From assembly GCF_009914755.1 (NCBI RefSeq), contig NC_060945.1: 64,000 nt of DNA; one strand, 5' to 3'. A model generated the notes under the pieces. The model had not been told where the DNA came from. It did not search any database and was given only the letters and a program-made list of their open reading frames with translations. The translations under genes were made by a program, and so were the position numbers. The stretch's first letter is position 1. Every line of letters begins with the position of its first letter. Origin of the DNA: the human T2T-CHM13v2.0 reference genome, Homo sapiens. Positions 27,830 through 46,241 of the stretch are shown here, in pieces.

Positions 27830-28649
27830 TGATTCTGTTTTTTAACACAATTCCTATTACTTCTGTTTTAATTTTACAAATCCATAGGTTTTTAAACTGA
27901 GAAACCTTTGAGAAAGCATCCAGATAAATTTATAAATAGAAAAATATATTCAGATACATAGAATTAAGTTTATGATCTAACTAGTCGGTGGCAACTAAAA
28001 AATTTTCAAGTTCCATAAACTGAAGTGAAAGGATCACTTTCCTGAAAATATTACAAAGGCTTGATAATTACCTGGATTGTACTAAAACCTACACAATCTA
28101 GTATATTCTATAGCAGCAATTCATAAAGACAGCTTCACTTACCATGTAGAATTTATACATACACTAAATTTAAGGAATGTGTTACTTGGTATTGGAGTAG
28201 GATAATAACTCACAGCAGAACTGATTTGCATGAATGGCTATTAAACTATCATCGATGTAGAAATTAAACGTTAAGCTATTCAGCCCCAGATGTGTGAGAG
28301 ACCGAGAAAATCTTCAAAAGAGTTCAGCTATCAAATCCCTTCCTCAATAGCTCTTTGAGTCTCAAGACAGTTTCAACCACACACAGCCTCAGAGTCTTAT
28401 TGTCCAAACAACATTTGACTGCACCTCTAAAGTAAGCAAACATTTGAAAAGAAACAATCAAAGATCTATGTCTGTAGTTATGGTCAAGGAGGTCCACCTA
28501 CTGGTGGGTGAGCATGGCAAGGGTAGGGACTAAGCCAAATGATGGGTTTATCAAAACAGAAACAAGAGAAGCCAATGGAAGCAGAGTCCAGGTTATAACA
28601 GGAGCCCAGGCACTTGATGTGGGAACCCTATTTGTCTCATTTAGCAGCT

Positions 28650-28770
28650 AGAGTTTTAACGTCCTATGAGGCAGAGCTAATGTCCTTCATTTTTTTTTTT
28701 GTAATTGACTGCATAGTTTAGAACTATGCCTTGAATTTAATATCTATCTGTTGAATAAATGAATTAATAA
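28650..28770 (+). mobile_element. L2 3' end fragment
   Basis: Ends ..tatctgttgaataaatgaattaat, typical of an L2 tail; highly diverged. Confidence 0.45.
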
Positions 28771-29431
28771 GGATGAAAATCTGTCCACAGGTTATGTGCA
28801 GTACTGAAGAGCAACTTCAGCTATTGAGGTATCTATCAGAAGTCTTACTCTCTAAAAAGCCTCTGGTTAATTACTGATATAGGTTGCTGACAATTTCACT
28901 CTCACAATGTAGGGGAAGCAGGAATGTTATCTGGCTTCTTGGCTCCTCTTCCTTTGCCTTCCACAGATCTCTCTGCTGGTTCACAGAGGAACACTTTCGT
29001 GGCTCTCAGTTCATTTTGCAATTCTGGTAGAATTTCATTCCATCCTCAATGGTAACTAGCTTGTCCTTCACCCAACGCTTATTTATGGAGGGACAGATAG
29101 CAAGAAGAAATCGCACTCTGGATTACAAAGTGGGAAGACGCACCCCCTTGGCCAGAATGCCTGCCTCCTATGTTCATGATGGATATTTCTAATTGATCTC
29201 GGCACTCTTTTCCATTGAGCCCATGTCCCAAATTGGCCCTGAGTTAGGGCGAGGGCTCTAGAGTGGGAAAGGTGTACCCAAAACTTCCCTAATCTGACTA
29301 TCAAGCCTAAAAAATTAAACTTTCAATTCAACATCCCTTGTTTCTCCAACTTGGAATGCCTGATGGTGTGGGAAGCCCCTACTCATACAAATTCATAGTT
29401 GAAGATTGTTGGTAATTTTGCCCAACCCCTT

Positions 29432-29885
29432 CTTTTTTTTTGTTATACTTTAAGTTCTAGAGTACATGTGCACAACGTGCAGGTTCGTTTCATATGTATA
29501 CATGTGACATGTTGGTGTGCTGCACCCATTAACTCGTCATTTACATTAGGTGTATATCCTAATGCTTTCCCTCCCCTAGCCCTTCACTCCACAACAGGCC
29601 CCAGTGTGTGCTGTTCCTCTTCCTGTGTCCATGTGTTCTCATTGTTTAATTCCCACCTATGAGTGAGAACATGTGGTGTTTGTTTTTTTGTCCTTGTGAT
29701 AGTTTGCTGAGAATGATGGTTTCCAGCTTCATCCATGTCCCTACAAAGGACATGAACTCATCATTTTTATGGCTGCATAGTATTCCATGGTGTATATGTG
29801 CCACATTTTCTTAATCCAGTCTATCATTGTTGGATATTTGGGTTGGTTCCAAGTCTTTGCTATTGTCAGTAGTGCCTCAATAAAC
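29432..29885 (-). mobile_element. 5'-truncated L1PA 3' fragment
   Basis: ttatactttaagttctagagtacatgtgcacaacgtgcagg... (L1PA 3'UTR, antisense); flanked by CCTTCTTT on both sides. Confidence 0.93.
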
Positions 29886-31242
29886 TCCTTCTTTCTTTGC
29901 CTAGTTACACCTCAATGTAATCTCCTGGCAGGCCAGCCTTAAGCCCAGCAGTCCCACCATGCATCTAAGCTGCGTTCTCATCAGACCCAACTTCAATTAT
30001 AAACAACTGAGATGATGCCAGAGGCCAGAATCCCTGAGAACCCAATTTGCTGTCATCACCATGGGTGAAACAAGGCGCTTGGCATCTAGAAAAGCTGATC
30101 TGTAGGAAATTTCCAATAGAGTTCAATTTTTCTAAGTTTAAAGTGTACAATATCATCAAGGTCAGACACTCGAGATAAAACTAGGCTTGTTTTTAAATAT
30201 AATAAAAATATTTGAAGAATAGTAAGAGTGGTGACTACTTTTACACAGGAATGTTTTAAATAAATTGTTTTTTTCTGGTGCCTTTTAAATTTTGTGATTT
30301 GTCAATGAGATGCTGATATATTTTTAATGAAGCATGCCTTGTAAAATAATAAGTGAATGAAAAATACACAGTAATATTCACATCAACAAAGCTAGAAGAA
30401 GACTGTATGTCTCAAGAGGCTCCATCGTCTACCCAGTGGCCACTTGACCAAATTAAGATCCAAATACCAAAAAGAAAAGTAATTAAAATTTGTGTTGTAT
30501 GCCTTATAAGACCAAACCTATAAAATGAGGGGAAACTTCACAATTACTTGTAATTTGCTGTGTGGAATTGTAACAGATGGATTATAAAGATGATTCCATG
30601 ATAAACATCTAAATGTGGTTACTACCTTCTGTGCTTTCTTCGTTTATATTTTTGTTGTTTTTTCTTTATAAACAGATAATTCATTCTTATCTATGGCAAT
30701 GTAAACTTTTCAGATGTATTGAATATGTCATAGATTTTTTCTATTGTAGGCATCTCTAAAAAAGATATAGAAAACAAACAGAGCAAAGTCTGGTGTTGGA
30801 AAGGAGAGAGAAATAAAGCTTGTAAAGGAATGAAAGTTAGAGCTTTCTGGAGATAAAAATTCTTAGAAGATACAAAAGCTAGTTACTGAATTAGATGAAG
30901 GATCTTTTTCAGTTTTTCCCGTTGTTCACCTCTTAGAAGGCACATATTCACAGCAGAAAAGAAAGAAAAGTTTAAAAAGAAAATACCTCAGTGTAGTGAG
31001 ACTGTAATTTCATGAGGGCATTACTGAAGACTCACTTTTTCCAGCATCACTCAGCATGGTATTATGCATGTGTGTAATGTAAAGGAAAGTGAATACGCAT
31101 TCTTGGATGTGTGATCAAATCGCAATTCCAGAATATAATCAGAAGCTGATTCATTATCCTCTTGAGATTTCACAATCTTTCCATCAGGAATTAAAATTCA
31201 GAGGAGGGTAAATGTATCTAATCTTTTGAAAGTTAAAAATTA

Positions 31243-32258
31243 GAGGGTGGAGCCAAGATGGCCGAATAGGAACAGCCCCAGTCTACAGCTCCCAGCGTGA
31301 GTGATGCAGAAGACGGGTGATTTCTGCATTTCCAACTGAGGTACCAGGTTCATCTCACTGGGGAGTGCTGGACAGTGGGTGCAGCGCACCATGCATGAGC
31401 CAAAGCAGGGCAAGGCATCACCTCACCTGGGAAGCACTAGGGGTCAGGGAATTCCCTTTCCTAGTCAAAGAAAGGGGTGACAGATGGCACCTGGAAAATC
31501 AGGTCACTCCCACCCTAATACTGCGCTTTTCCAACAGGCTTATCAAATGGCACACCAGGAGATTATATCCAGCACCTGGCTTGGAGGGTCCTACACCCCC
31601 AGAGCCTCGCTGTTTGCTAGCACAGCAGTCTGAGATCAAACTGCAAGGTAACAGTGAGGCTGGGGGAGGGGCGCCCGCCATTGCTCAAGCTTGAGTAAGT
31701 AAACAAAGCAGCCAGGAAGTTCGAACTGGGTGGCCCACCACAGCTCAAGGAGGCCAGCCTGCCTCTGTAGGCTCCACCTCTGGGGGCAGGGCACAGACCA
31801 ACAAAAGACAGCAATAACCTCTGCAGACTTAAATGTCCCTGTCTGACAGCTTTGAAGAGAGTAGTGGTTCTCCCAGCACGCAGCTTGAGATCTCAGAACG
31901 GGCAGACAACCCCCAACTAGTGGGTCCCTGAACCCCGAGTAGCCTAACCGGGAGGCACCCCCCAGTAGGGGCAGACTGACACCTCACATGGCCGGGTACC
32001 CCTCTGAGACAAAACTTCCAGAGGAACGATCAGGCAGCAGCATTTGCAGTTCACCAATATCCACTGTTCTGCAGCCAACACTGCTGATACCCCCCAGGCA
32101 AATAGTGTCTGGAGGAGACCTCCAGTAAACTCCAACAGACCTGCAGCTGAGGGTCCTGACTGTTAGAAGGAAAACTAACAAACAGAAAGGACATCCACAC
32201 CAAAACCCCATCTGTATGTCACCATCATCAAGGACCAAAGGTAGATAAAACCACAAAG
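31243..32258 (+). promoter_or_regulatory. L1 5'UTR internal promoter
   Basis: YY1-type CAAGATGGCC at ~31254. Retains the ~130-bp segment (~31999-32130) that younger L1s lack. CpGs largely decayed. Confidence 0.75.
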
Positions 32259-33275
32259 ATGGGGAAAAACAGAGCAGAAAAACTGGAAACTCTAAAAATC
32301 AGAGTGCCTATCCTCCTCCAAAGGAATGCAACTCCTCACCAGCAATGGAACAAAGCTGGACGGAGAATGACTTTGACGAGTTGAGAGAGGAAGACTTCAG
32401 AAGATCAAAGTACTCCGAGCTAAAGGAAGAAGTTCGAACCAATGGCAAAGAAGTTAAAAACTTGGAAAAAAAAATTAGACGAACGGATAACTAGAATAAC
32501 CAATGTGGAGAAGTCCTTAAAGGACCTGATGGAGCTGAAAACCATGGCATGAGAACTACATGACAAATGCATAAGCCTCAGTAACCGATGTGATCAACGG
32601 GAAGAAAGGGTATCAGCGATGGAAGATGAAATGAATGAAATGAAGCATGAAGAGAAGTTTAGAGAAAAAAGAATAAAAAGAAATGAACAAAGCCTCCAAG
32701 AAATATGGGACTATGTCAATAGACCAAATCTACGTCTATTTGGTTTACCTGAAAGTGACGGGGAGAATGGAACCAAGTTGGAAAACACTCTGCAGTATAT
32801 TATCCAGGAGAACTTCCCCAATCTAGCAAGGCAGGCCAACATTCACATTCAGGAAATACAGAGAATGCCACAAAGATACTCCTTGAGAAGAGCAATTCCA
32901 AGACACATAATTGTCAGATTCACCAAAGTTGAAATGAAAGAAAAAATTTTAAAGGCAGCCAGAGAGAAAGATCGGGTTACCCACAAAAGGAAGCCCATCA
33001 GACTAACTGCTGATCTCTCTGCAGAAACTCTACAAGCCAGAAGAGAGTAGGGGCCAATATTCAACATTCTTAAAGGAAAGAATTTTCAACCCTGAATTTC
33101 ATATCCAGCCAAACTAACCTTCATAAGTGAGGGAGAAATAATATGCTCCACAGACAAGCAAATGCTGAGAGATTTTGTCACCACCAGGCCTGCCCTAAAA
33201 GATCTCCTGAAGGAAGCACTAAACATGGAAAGGAACAACTGGTACCAGCCACTGTAAAACCATGCCAAATTGTAA
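32259..33275 (+). pseudogene. L1 ORF1, disrupted
   Basis: ATG at 32259 with an immediate 1-nt deletion. Fragment MEDEMNEMKHEEKFREKRIKRNEQSLQEIWDYV... ends at a premature stop (33050). Confidence 0.92.
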
Positions 33276-33338
33276 AGACCATCAAGGCTAGGAAGAAACT
33301 GCATAAACTAACGAGGAAAATAACCAGCTAACATCATA

Positions 33339-37138
<3,800 letters not shown>

Positions 37139-38487
37139 ACAATGAGGAAACATGGATACAGGAAGGGGAACATCACACACCAGGGACTGTTGTGGGGTGG
37201 GTGGAGGGGGTAGGGATAGCATTAGGAGATATACCTAATGTTAAATGACGAGTTAATGGGTGCAGCACACCAACATGGCACATGTGTACATATGTAGCAA
37301 ACCTGCACGTTGTGCACATGTACCCTAAAACTTAAAGTATAATAAAAAAAATTAACAGAAGCCTTTTATACAGATAAATTTGATTTGCATCATGATCAGC
37401 ACTAAAGAGCATCACAGATTTAAACCATATTTACACAGTTAAAACAATGTAAGCAAATATGCAATATATTATGTAACATTGTACAAGATGCTTTTCAAAC
37501 GTGCAAACTGACCTTTAAAACAATTTTACATAAAATAATATTTTTAGTAAGAGAAAAGACAGACATGTGGTTAGGGCAAAATATTTCTGTTCAAATTACA
37601 AAATCCTGAATGACAAATCAAAGGATAGAAAAAAATTATATTGTACCTGCAATTTGAAGTCTTCAAATTTATTTAGATATATGTATCTATATGTATTAAT
37701 GGAGACATATTAGTTTAGAACAGTTATATTTTGAAGATGTCATTCTTTAAAAACTTATTAATATCTACAGGATTGCTGCAGATATTTTAATTTTAAACAA
37801 ATATTTTTCACTAATGTGACCAGTATTTATGTCCTATTTTATTAAACAGACATTTCAAGATTCTTTTAGAGTTAATGTTTAAAAATTAAGTATCATAAAT
37901 ATTTCTGAAGTACTACCTTAAAAAAAAAACCCTTTCCTGGCTTTTCATATAGTAAAACATTTTCATAATGACTAAAAATGTAAAAATAAATTAACAACCA
38001 TAATCAAATTAGAATTCTACTTTTTATATCAGATGAAATACTATATAAAATGTCCAGAAAATCTAGTGTTAATGAGGCTGTGCAGCCTGGACATTTGATG
38101 TCTCCTCTGTGGAAATGTGAACTAACCCAACCATTCTGAATAATTATTGGCTCTGTGTGTTAACAGTCTAGAGTCCTGAAACAAGGATCTTAATTCTAAA
38201 ATAAAATCCTATTCTAAGAATATACCAAGGGTTGATAATCAAGGAAGTTTCAAAGTTATAGAGAAGAACCTTAATCCTAGCATTATATATGTAATCACCC
38301 ATATAAACCAGATAGTGTTGAATGAAACTGCAGAAAAACAAAGAGCCTACAGAATATGTTTCTCTTTGTGTACAACTGTAAATGTACACATCTATCCATG
38401 TAAAATTTTACATCTCAGGAGGATAGGTACCAACATGTTAACATGCTATATCTATAAGATAAGAAATTTTACTTCCCTACAATTTCA

Positions 38488-38606
38488 TACACACACACAC
38501 ACACACACTCTCAAACACACATACACACACACCGAGGTTATATACACACACAAATATATATATAAACATACATGTTTATATAGGTACACACACACATACA
38601 TATACA
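38488..38606. repeat. (CA)n/(TA)n low-complexity microsatellite
   Basis: acacacac tracts interleaved with tata. Confidence 0.8.
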
Positions 38607-38951
38607 CAGATGGTCAACAACTTATAATGGTTCAATTTATGATTTTTTTTACTTTATGATGAAGCAAAAGTGATAGCTTTGAATAGAATATAACCATGCT
38701 GCTTTTCACTTTCAGTACAATATTCAACAAATTACATAAAATATCCAATACTTTATTATACAGCGGGTTTTGTATTCAATGATTTTGCCCAATTGTCAGC
38801 TGATGTAAGTGTTCTGAGCACATTAAAGGTATGCCAGGCTAAGCTGTGATATTCAGTAAGTTAGGTATTAAATACATTTTTAACTTACTGTATTTTCAAT
38901 TTATAATCAGCTTATCAAGACTTAACCCCATTGTACATTGAAAAGCATTTG
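38607..38951 (-). mobile_element. MER47A-like TcMar-Tigger DNA transposon
   Basis: CAGATGGTC...CATTTG termini; internal gattttgcccaattgtcagctgatgtaagtgttctgagcac..ggctaagct matches MER47A antisense. Confidence 0.78.
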
Positions 38952-39054
38952 TATTGCATTAAACATGTTATATAATATTTTTAATTGAAATTACTGGCAA
39001 CTTTTGAAAAAATGTAATGAAATAATGTGCTTTGCTATTGGTTAAAATGTTTTT

Positions 39055-39363
<309 letters not shown>

Positions 39364-42300
39364 AAAATGTTTTTAGCTTCAAGTAACAGAATAGTCAACT
39401 AATTGAAGAAAAAAACAAGGAGCAACTTTGACCAAATCGCACAACAAATAGATGGTATCAATGCTTAGTTAATTCAACATGATCCACTTCTTTGTGATTC
39501 TCTTATCTTTCTACCTATGTTTTCAAGATGGCTATGGCATTCCCAGCCTTACAACTTCATGTGACAAAATTCAATGGCAGGAAATAATAAGTGACGGCAT
39601 TTTGATACTTTAAGGAAAAACTTTAAGGATTGGAAAACAGGGATGCCATATGTCCAGTAACATGGGATAGCCGCTCCTAATTAAGGATTGCTGTATGTCC
39701 TGAATGACTTTCTAATGTAATGAAGGTGAATAACCTGCTTTGTTTAATTATACAATCCCAAATGTAACTGCCTAAGTGCCAAGTACTTTTGCATGGTTTT
39801 AATATGCCATGAATTTTGCAAGAATGAAACTACTATGTATATGAGAAAAGATGGTAGATTTTTTCATTTAGATACTCATTTCAGAGTCTCAATAGGAAAA
39901 ATAGAACACACACAAACTAAGATAATTTAACATGGGTTTATTTCCAAAGAGACTACTTACGAAAATGTCAGGGGAGAAGGGTGAAGGAATCACAGAAATC
40001 ACACCCCACAATAACTCTGGGTTAGCAGTGGCAGGCAGAGTTCTGGGGAGTAAACTGCCCTGATCACAGAAGGAAACACTAATTTTCTTATGAAAAAGAT
40101 TGGTCAAGGAGACCTAGCAGAGAGGGAGTTTAGGCAATAACCCCCAATCCCATTTCCTCCTTCCCTTTAATCTCATGAACATGCATAGAAGACAATGAGC
40201 AAGGGAACTGATGGAGATATTCAATATGGACCATTCCACTTGGACAAAAGCCAGTAAATAGGGGAGTATAACAGGGGACAAGGGCCAAACAGAAAGTATC
40301 TATTACATTTACCAATGCAGATCAATCATGTCAACAATAGAAATGGCAGTTTTGGCATTTGGTTATTCAATGAAACTATATTTGTAGCTTTTTATTTACA
40401 ATGTTTCAAGGTATGGGCGAAGATATGAAAATTTCATTATGTTCTATTGTATTTGATATGTAAATGTTCTGGCACAATTATATACATTTTGGATTATATA
40501 TTGACAGTAAATTATTTCTCCTTTGTTAGCTTCAGCATAACATTAATATTTTCAACAACTTGAATGCATACATTGTGTTCTCACTAATAGTTTAGAATAA
40601 CGAAGGGGTCTTTGAAGAATTTCTTATGAAGTAGAGGCATTGGGTCAGACAGAGCCGAAAACCACTGGCTTAGATTAATCACTATTTATCCTAGGGCTGA
40701 AGAGGGCCAATTGAAGACACAAATGTCCAATCCCTCTATAACCTTGGAGATCTATGAACCAGAGAAATAGAGACTGGTTCTTAAGGAGGTAATAAGTGTG
40801 CCTTCTATGGTTTATAATAATATGCATTGTCTTAAGAATTGAATACTTAAAAGTTAATGCCCTCATAATATGCAAAATTTTTAATAAGCACATTGGTCCC
40901 TGTGTTCAAGTAGTTGGTAATCAAATTAGTGAAGTATGGTAAGTCTTTTGAAGAGCATTAAACAGCAGAAAATGTAAGAAATTTGTCTCTATAATAGTGT
41001 GGGCCTTCTGTGTTTCCTAAGGGCACATTCATATGATCTAATAACTGAGCAGAGAGAAGCCTAAAGGATATTTTATGGTTTCATTTTTTTGTTTTTGCCA
41101 ATTAACATACATTTCTAGATTAAAAGTCAACTATCTTTTCGTTGGGAGTCAACTATAGGAGAAGATAGTGAAGAGGCAAGGAAAATTACAGCAGCTCAAC
41201 AGCTTTACCCTGGAAATATCTGTATTGTGTACCGCTATAGCCTACCTTTATCAGTCAGATAACAATGTCAAAGAGGCAAGCTTGGCACCATTGCTCTTAG
41301 TGAATCTCTGCTGCCAGCCTTTTATCCTAAGTGCTCTCCAAAGACCCATTTAATGGACCTTTCTGAAATTGTGCTCAGGATCAATATGAGGCTCATTGAT
41401 ACAGCAGCTTTGGAACTCACCATTTGCTTATTTATTAAACCTGGGATATTTTCCCAACTTCTATCATCTGAAATCCTCTCCATGACTTTCAAAATTACCA
41501 ACATTGGTTCCAACATCATTCCTAGAAAACATTTCATTGGAGTATATTTATCTGACATTTGACTGTATTTATAGCAGTAAGAATATATGATGATTCCTCC
41601 TAAAATAATCCCACAATTACCCATTTTGGGTCACATTTGAGGGTCTTATTCTTAATATCAGAGATCTGTTCTATACATTTGAGTCTTAGAAATAATTACT
41701 AGCTTCTCTCTGAATTTAACTGAAGTTCCTTACTTTTATTCAGCCTGTTACCCAAATTACATAATGTATTGAAGGCTAAAAACTGTCCAAATTTCTGATT
41801 ACCTTTAGTTAAAAATGGGAATATGAGTTTTTCTTTTTCTAACTTGGCAAAGATTATGTTTTTTTCATGAAGAAATACAGACATATTTAAACACCAGGAT
41901 CTGAGAATTTGAAATACATGAAACTTAGCAGGTGGTCTTTAAGTAGTTTTCATTTCTAAATTTTAGTACATAGCATTGAATGCTACAGAAGAAAAGACAA
42001 TGAGGGATTACTCATAAACATTGCCTTTATGATATCCTTCCAAAGAAAACCAAGTGTCCCTGTGCTTGGACTCATAAAGCAGAAATGCTTACCTTGCTTT
42101 TATGTCACTAACAAACAATTGTGCCTAGTCATTGAATTCTAATGCATTTAAGCCATCTTGAGAGTAGAGCCCCTAGGGAAAACTACAAATGGAAAATTCA
42201 TTGATTTTTGATTTTGCTTTCCTATGGATCAAATTTAATACTTTCTTGTAAATCTCTCCCTTTGCAGATCATATGTGATAAATAGTTATCCAACTTTCTA

Positions 42301-43354
42301 GATGTCCACCCAGAGCTGTTTCCATATGAAGAGGTGGAAACGGATTCTGTGCATGATACTGGTTAGGATTGGTAACTGTTTTTTTTTAAAGGGTTTTTTA
42401 AAATTTGTTTTCCTTGTACACATAGCCATAATATTGTGTTGTTAACTGCCCTCTGGGAACAAAGTCATGTCAATCACAAATATATTGCCTAAAGTGGGAG
42501 GCTTATTACTCTGCTGTGAATTCCATCTCCTATTATGTTTTAAAGATGCTACAAACTTGAGACATTACTATGTAGATGACATTCCCAGCAAATCCCCAAA
42601 CAACACTTAATGAGATTTCAAATACCAGGATCATGCAACTGTAAAAGAAATAAGGAAATAAAGAAAAGCACAGTATATTTGTAGAAGGCATTAAAACACA
42701 AATTTTATAATTATGAATGCATATAATAAGGAACAAGTTTTATTCTAAATAGTAATTAAATCAGAACTATGATATAGGGAATAAAAGTGAATATTAAACC
42801 ATTGTACTGACAATAACAGAGCCCTTTTTCTGCTGCGTGATGGAATTTAGTGTTTACTAAGGAAGAAAAAAATGCAAGATATCTTAAATTTGGTACTTTC
42901 CAACAAATTTAAGAAATGTGTACACACTTGAGGAGACTTAAGAAGTCTCTGACTAAAACACTAGAAAAGAAAAGCAGCAAAAAGCCAAATAACTATTACT
43001 CAACAATAACAACATTTGTTACTATTATATTAATATTAAACACACTATTAAACAACAACATTTCAGTTACTCACTGAGCCCAAAGTCATTTTTCATGAAC
43101 CATTCACAACACTGATAACCTATTGAAAAATGATTGAAAACAAAAAAGCTTATTGCTTTCCAAGTCCTTTTAAAGCCTTCTCTTGTGTCATTTCATATAA
43201 TCCTTATAACAAATCTATGGAGTATATACTGACTTTACCTCTGTACAGAAAAGAAAACTGAGTCATATTCAGAATAAGTTGCAAAGTTCCCCAGATAATC
43301 AGTGTCATAGGTGAAATTTGATGTCACAGTGTACTCAAGTGTAATTTAGGGAAG

Positions 43355-43585
43355 CAGTACAAATGACGGTTGAAAGCACAGGTTCTGGGGTAAACAGCCT
43401 GAAGTCAAAATCTAGTTCATAGCCTCAGTGGCTGTGTGATCTTGGGAAATTTCCCTTAACTCTCTGTGTCTTGGTTTTATAGTTTCATCCATTTTTGCCT
43501 CTCATATGAGCTGGTGAGCATTACACTAGTTTATGCTTCTAGGACACTGAAAACAGTACCTGGCTCTTGATAAATATTAACAATT
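43355..43585 (+). mobile_element. MIR
   Basis: ggctgtgtgatcttgggaaatttcccttaactctctgtgtcttggttt core and aacagtacctggc end. Confidence 0.7.
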
Positions 43586-44199
43586 TTGTTTCATTGTCTT
43601 CACCTTGAGTATTTCATGGCCAGATGGAAATCAATGTCAATATGAAAAAATGTTCATAATTCAGCAGGAAGAAATACAAAACCATATAAACAACTTTGTT
43701 TTACTGGCAAGTGAATTGGGAAGCTATGCTAAATTGAGAAGGGGAAGGGAAACCCTCTAAGAGCATCGATTAATCAATGACCGAAAGCTGATGAGACTTG
43801 TCTGGAATTTTTTTTTGGAGACTCTGATACTTAAAATTTTGACAAAATAAGGAGATGAACTGAGTAGTGTGGAACAGACATTTTGTGAAGTCAGCAGAGA
43901 AAGGAGAGACAAATATGGTAAGGGGAAAATGGTATGAAGTAATAATATCTATGAAGTGCTTTCTAAAGTATAACACATGTAAGTTGTGTTAAATGTAAAC
44001 TATCATGATTATATCATTACTGTCTGACTGATACAACTATATCCACCTCAGTTAGCCACATAAGATCAATTTTCCTATACCTTAGAGAATACCAGTAACC
44101 TCCAGTTCAGAAACAGCATAAATATCTATCCACAGCTGAGCAGACACATACAGCTAGCTACCAGATTAAATGGGCTATATCTTCAAATACTATTGTTTT

Positions 44200-44428
44200 C
44201 TGTTTTTTAATTGTGGCAAAACACACTCAACAATTTGCATCTTAACCACTGTTAAGTATACAATTCGGTGTCATTAAATGTATTCACAATGTTGTGCAAG
44301 CATCACCACCACCCATCTCCATAATTCTTTTTGTCTTGTAAAATTGAAATCCTGTACCCATTAAAAGTGACTCCCCATTCCCCACCCCCCCCAGGGCAAC
44401 TACAGCTTTACTTTCTGTCTTGATGAAT
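44200..44428 (-). mobile_element. L1MB-like 3' end fragment
   Basis: catcttaaccactgttaagtatacaattc..ttcacaatgttgtgcaagcatcaccacc. Confidence 0.7.
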
Positions 44429-46064
44429 CATACAATATCAAATGTAATTTTTAAGATATTTAAAATATTTTGTCTGGAAGCAAAGTGGAAGTTAATATCA
44501 ATGGCTATGCCTTCAGTGAGTTCTCAGACCACATTACAATGTAGTTAACTATTTATCTTTTATTACGTTCTAGATCTATTATTTCTTTCTGGCACAAAAA
44601 TATCTTCTTTGTAGATTATGGCATTTACCTCTATCTCCACACCATTTTGGTCTCTCATCCACAGATCATCAGCCTCTTGCTTAGTCTTCTATTTAATGAC
44701 AATTTCTATTTAGTATACAACAGTCCTTCCCCCTGCAATGCAATTTCTTCACTCTTTAAAGCTCTGAGTCTGGCTACTGGTCTCTGTTATGTACTCATCC
44801 CTAGAGCCAAGTCTTCAAATATTTCTCAGAACTTCTTCACATCTAAAAATCTAGGATTAATTTATTGCTCTCTGATTATATTCTTCTGGTATTTCAAGTA
44901 TCCTGTATAACTTCTTCATTTGCCCTTGCTTTTCTTCTACATCAAGATGTCAAGTTCATGGACTTCCAAATTAATCATTTTAAAAATGTATTTCAAGCCT
45001 TTATGAGTCACTAAAATATAGATATGCTCTCAGGAATTATGGCCCTACAATTTGTATGTGAGAATAGTTCCTGTGTCAGGCATTATGGACATAAGAGGAA
45101 ATAAATTCTAGTCCCTGCCTACAAGGAGCTAATTCCCAGCCTAAGACAGATTGCAAGACAATAATATGCAGACTTGTAAGTCTAAGGAAACTGATTGGGA
45201 TATACCTAATTCGAGCTGGGAATATCAGAAGAAAAACTTTTTGAAAGTCATGAGACATGAGCTGTGCCTAAAAGAGTAAAAAATAGAGAGAGAAATAAGA
45301 AGAAATAAATTAAGGAATGAGATGGGTATAATAGTAGAAAAAGGAAATCTCTTTAGATAAAACAGGGTATGAGAGTATATAGGAGGCTTATTAACTCAGT
45401 GTGGTTGGAGAAAACAGGTTGAAAGGAGAAATAGGGGAGAAAGTTACAAAGGGAATCAAACGTGTTAGTAGTTGAGGGAAAAGCAAATATTGAATACGAC
45501 CCATAGATCTTGGATAACCCAGTGTTTGGTAGTAGCTTACATAAAAAGTTGTGACAAAATAACCAGAGATATGCGGAGAAAATAATAACTGAGTGTTATA
45601 TTTCCTCTCAGTAGAAACCTTAAAAAAAAAATGTAATCACACACTGATCTTTTAACTGACCTCCACTTATCTTGCTGCCTGGATTGGCATACATATTCCT
45701 CTGCCTGAAAAATTGCTCAATACTTTTGAAAGGTTGTTTCTCACTGTTACACCCAGGCATTTCTGCTAACACCAGCTGAGTTGTAAGGGGCCCCTCCAGG
45801 AGACCTAGGTTGTTCTCCTTATCACATACATTATTTTCATTTATCAATTTACCCAGAACATCTAATGAAATATTATGGACACCAATAACATGAATACAAA
45901 TATAGCTATAGACCCTAAAAAGTAAATTGATGTCTCTTGAAAGGCTGTCATGTCTTAGATGCTAAATTTGGAGTATGTGTTTGTAATAAATAAATAGCTT
46001 GCTTTAATAATTCTGATTTATGAATGTAATATAGGGGAGCAGCTTTTATTTCGCCCTTAATCTT

Positions 46065-46241
46065 AAAAAACAATTAGCTGGGTGTGGTGGTGGGCACCTG
46101 TAGTCTCAGCTACTCAGGAGGCTGAAGCAGGAGGATGGTGTGCACCTGGGAGGCGGAGCTTGCAGTAAGCCAAAATTGTGCCACTGCACTCCAGCCTAAG
46201 TGACAGTGTGAGACTCTGTCTCAAAAAAAAAAATAAAAAAA
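46065..46241 (+). mobile_element. 5'-truncated Alu (right arm, AluY/Sc-like)
   Basis: ttagctgggtgtggtggtgggcacctgtagt..ggcggagcttgcagt..actctgtctc followed by poly(A). Confidence 0.88.
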
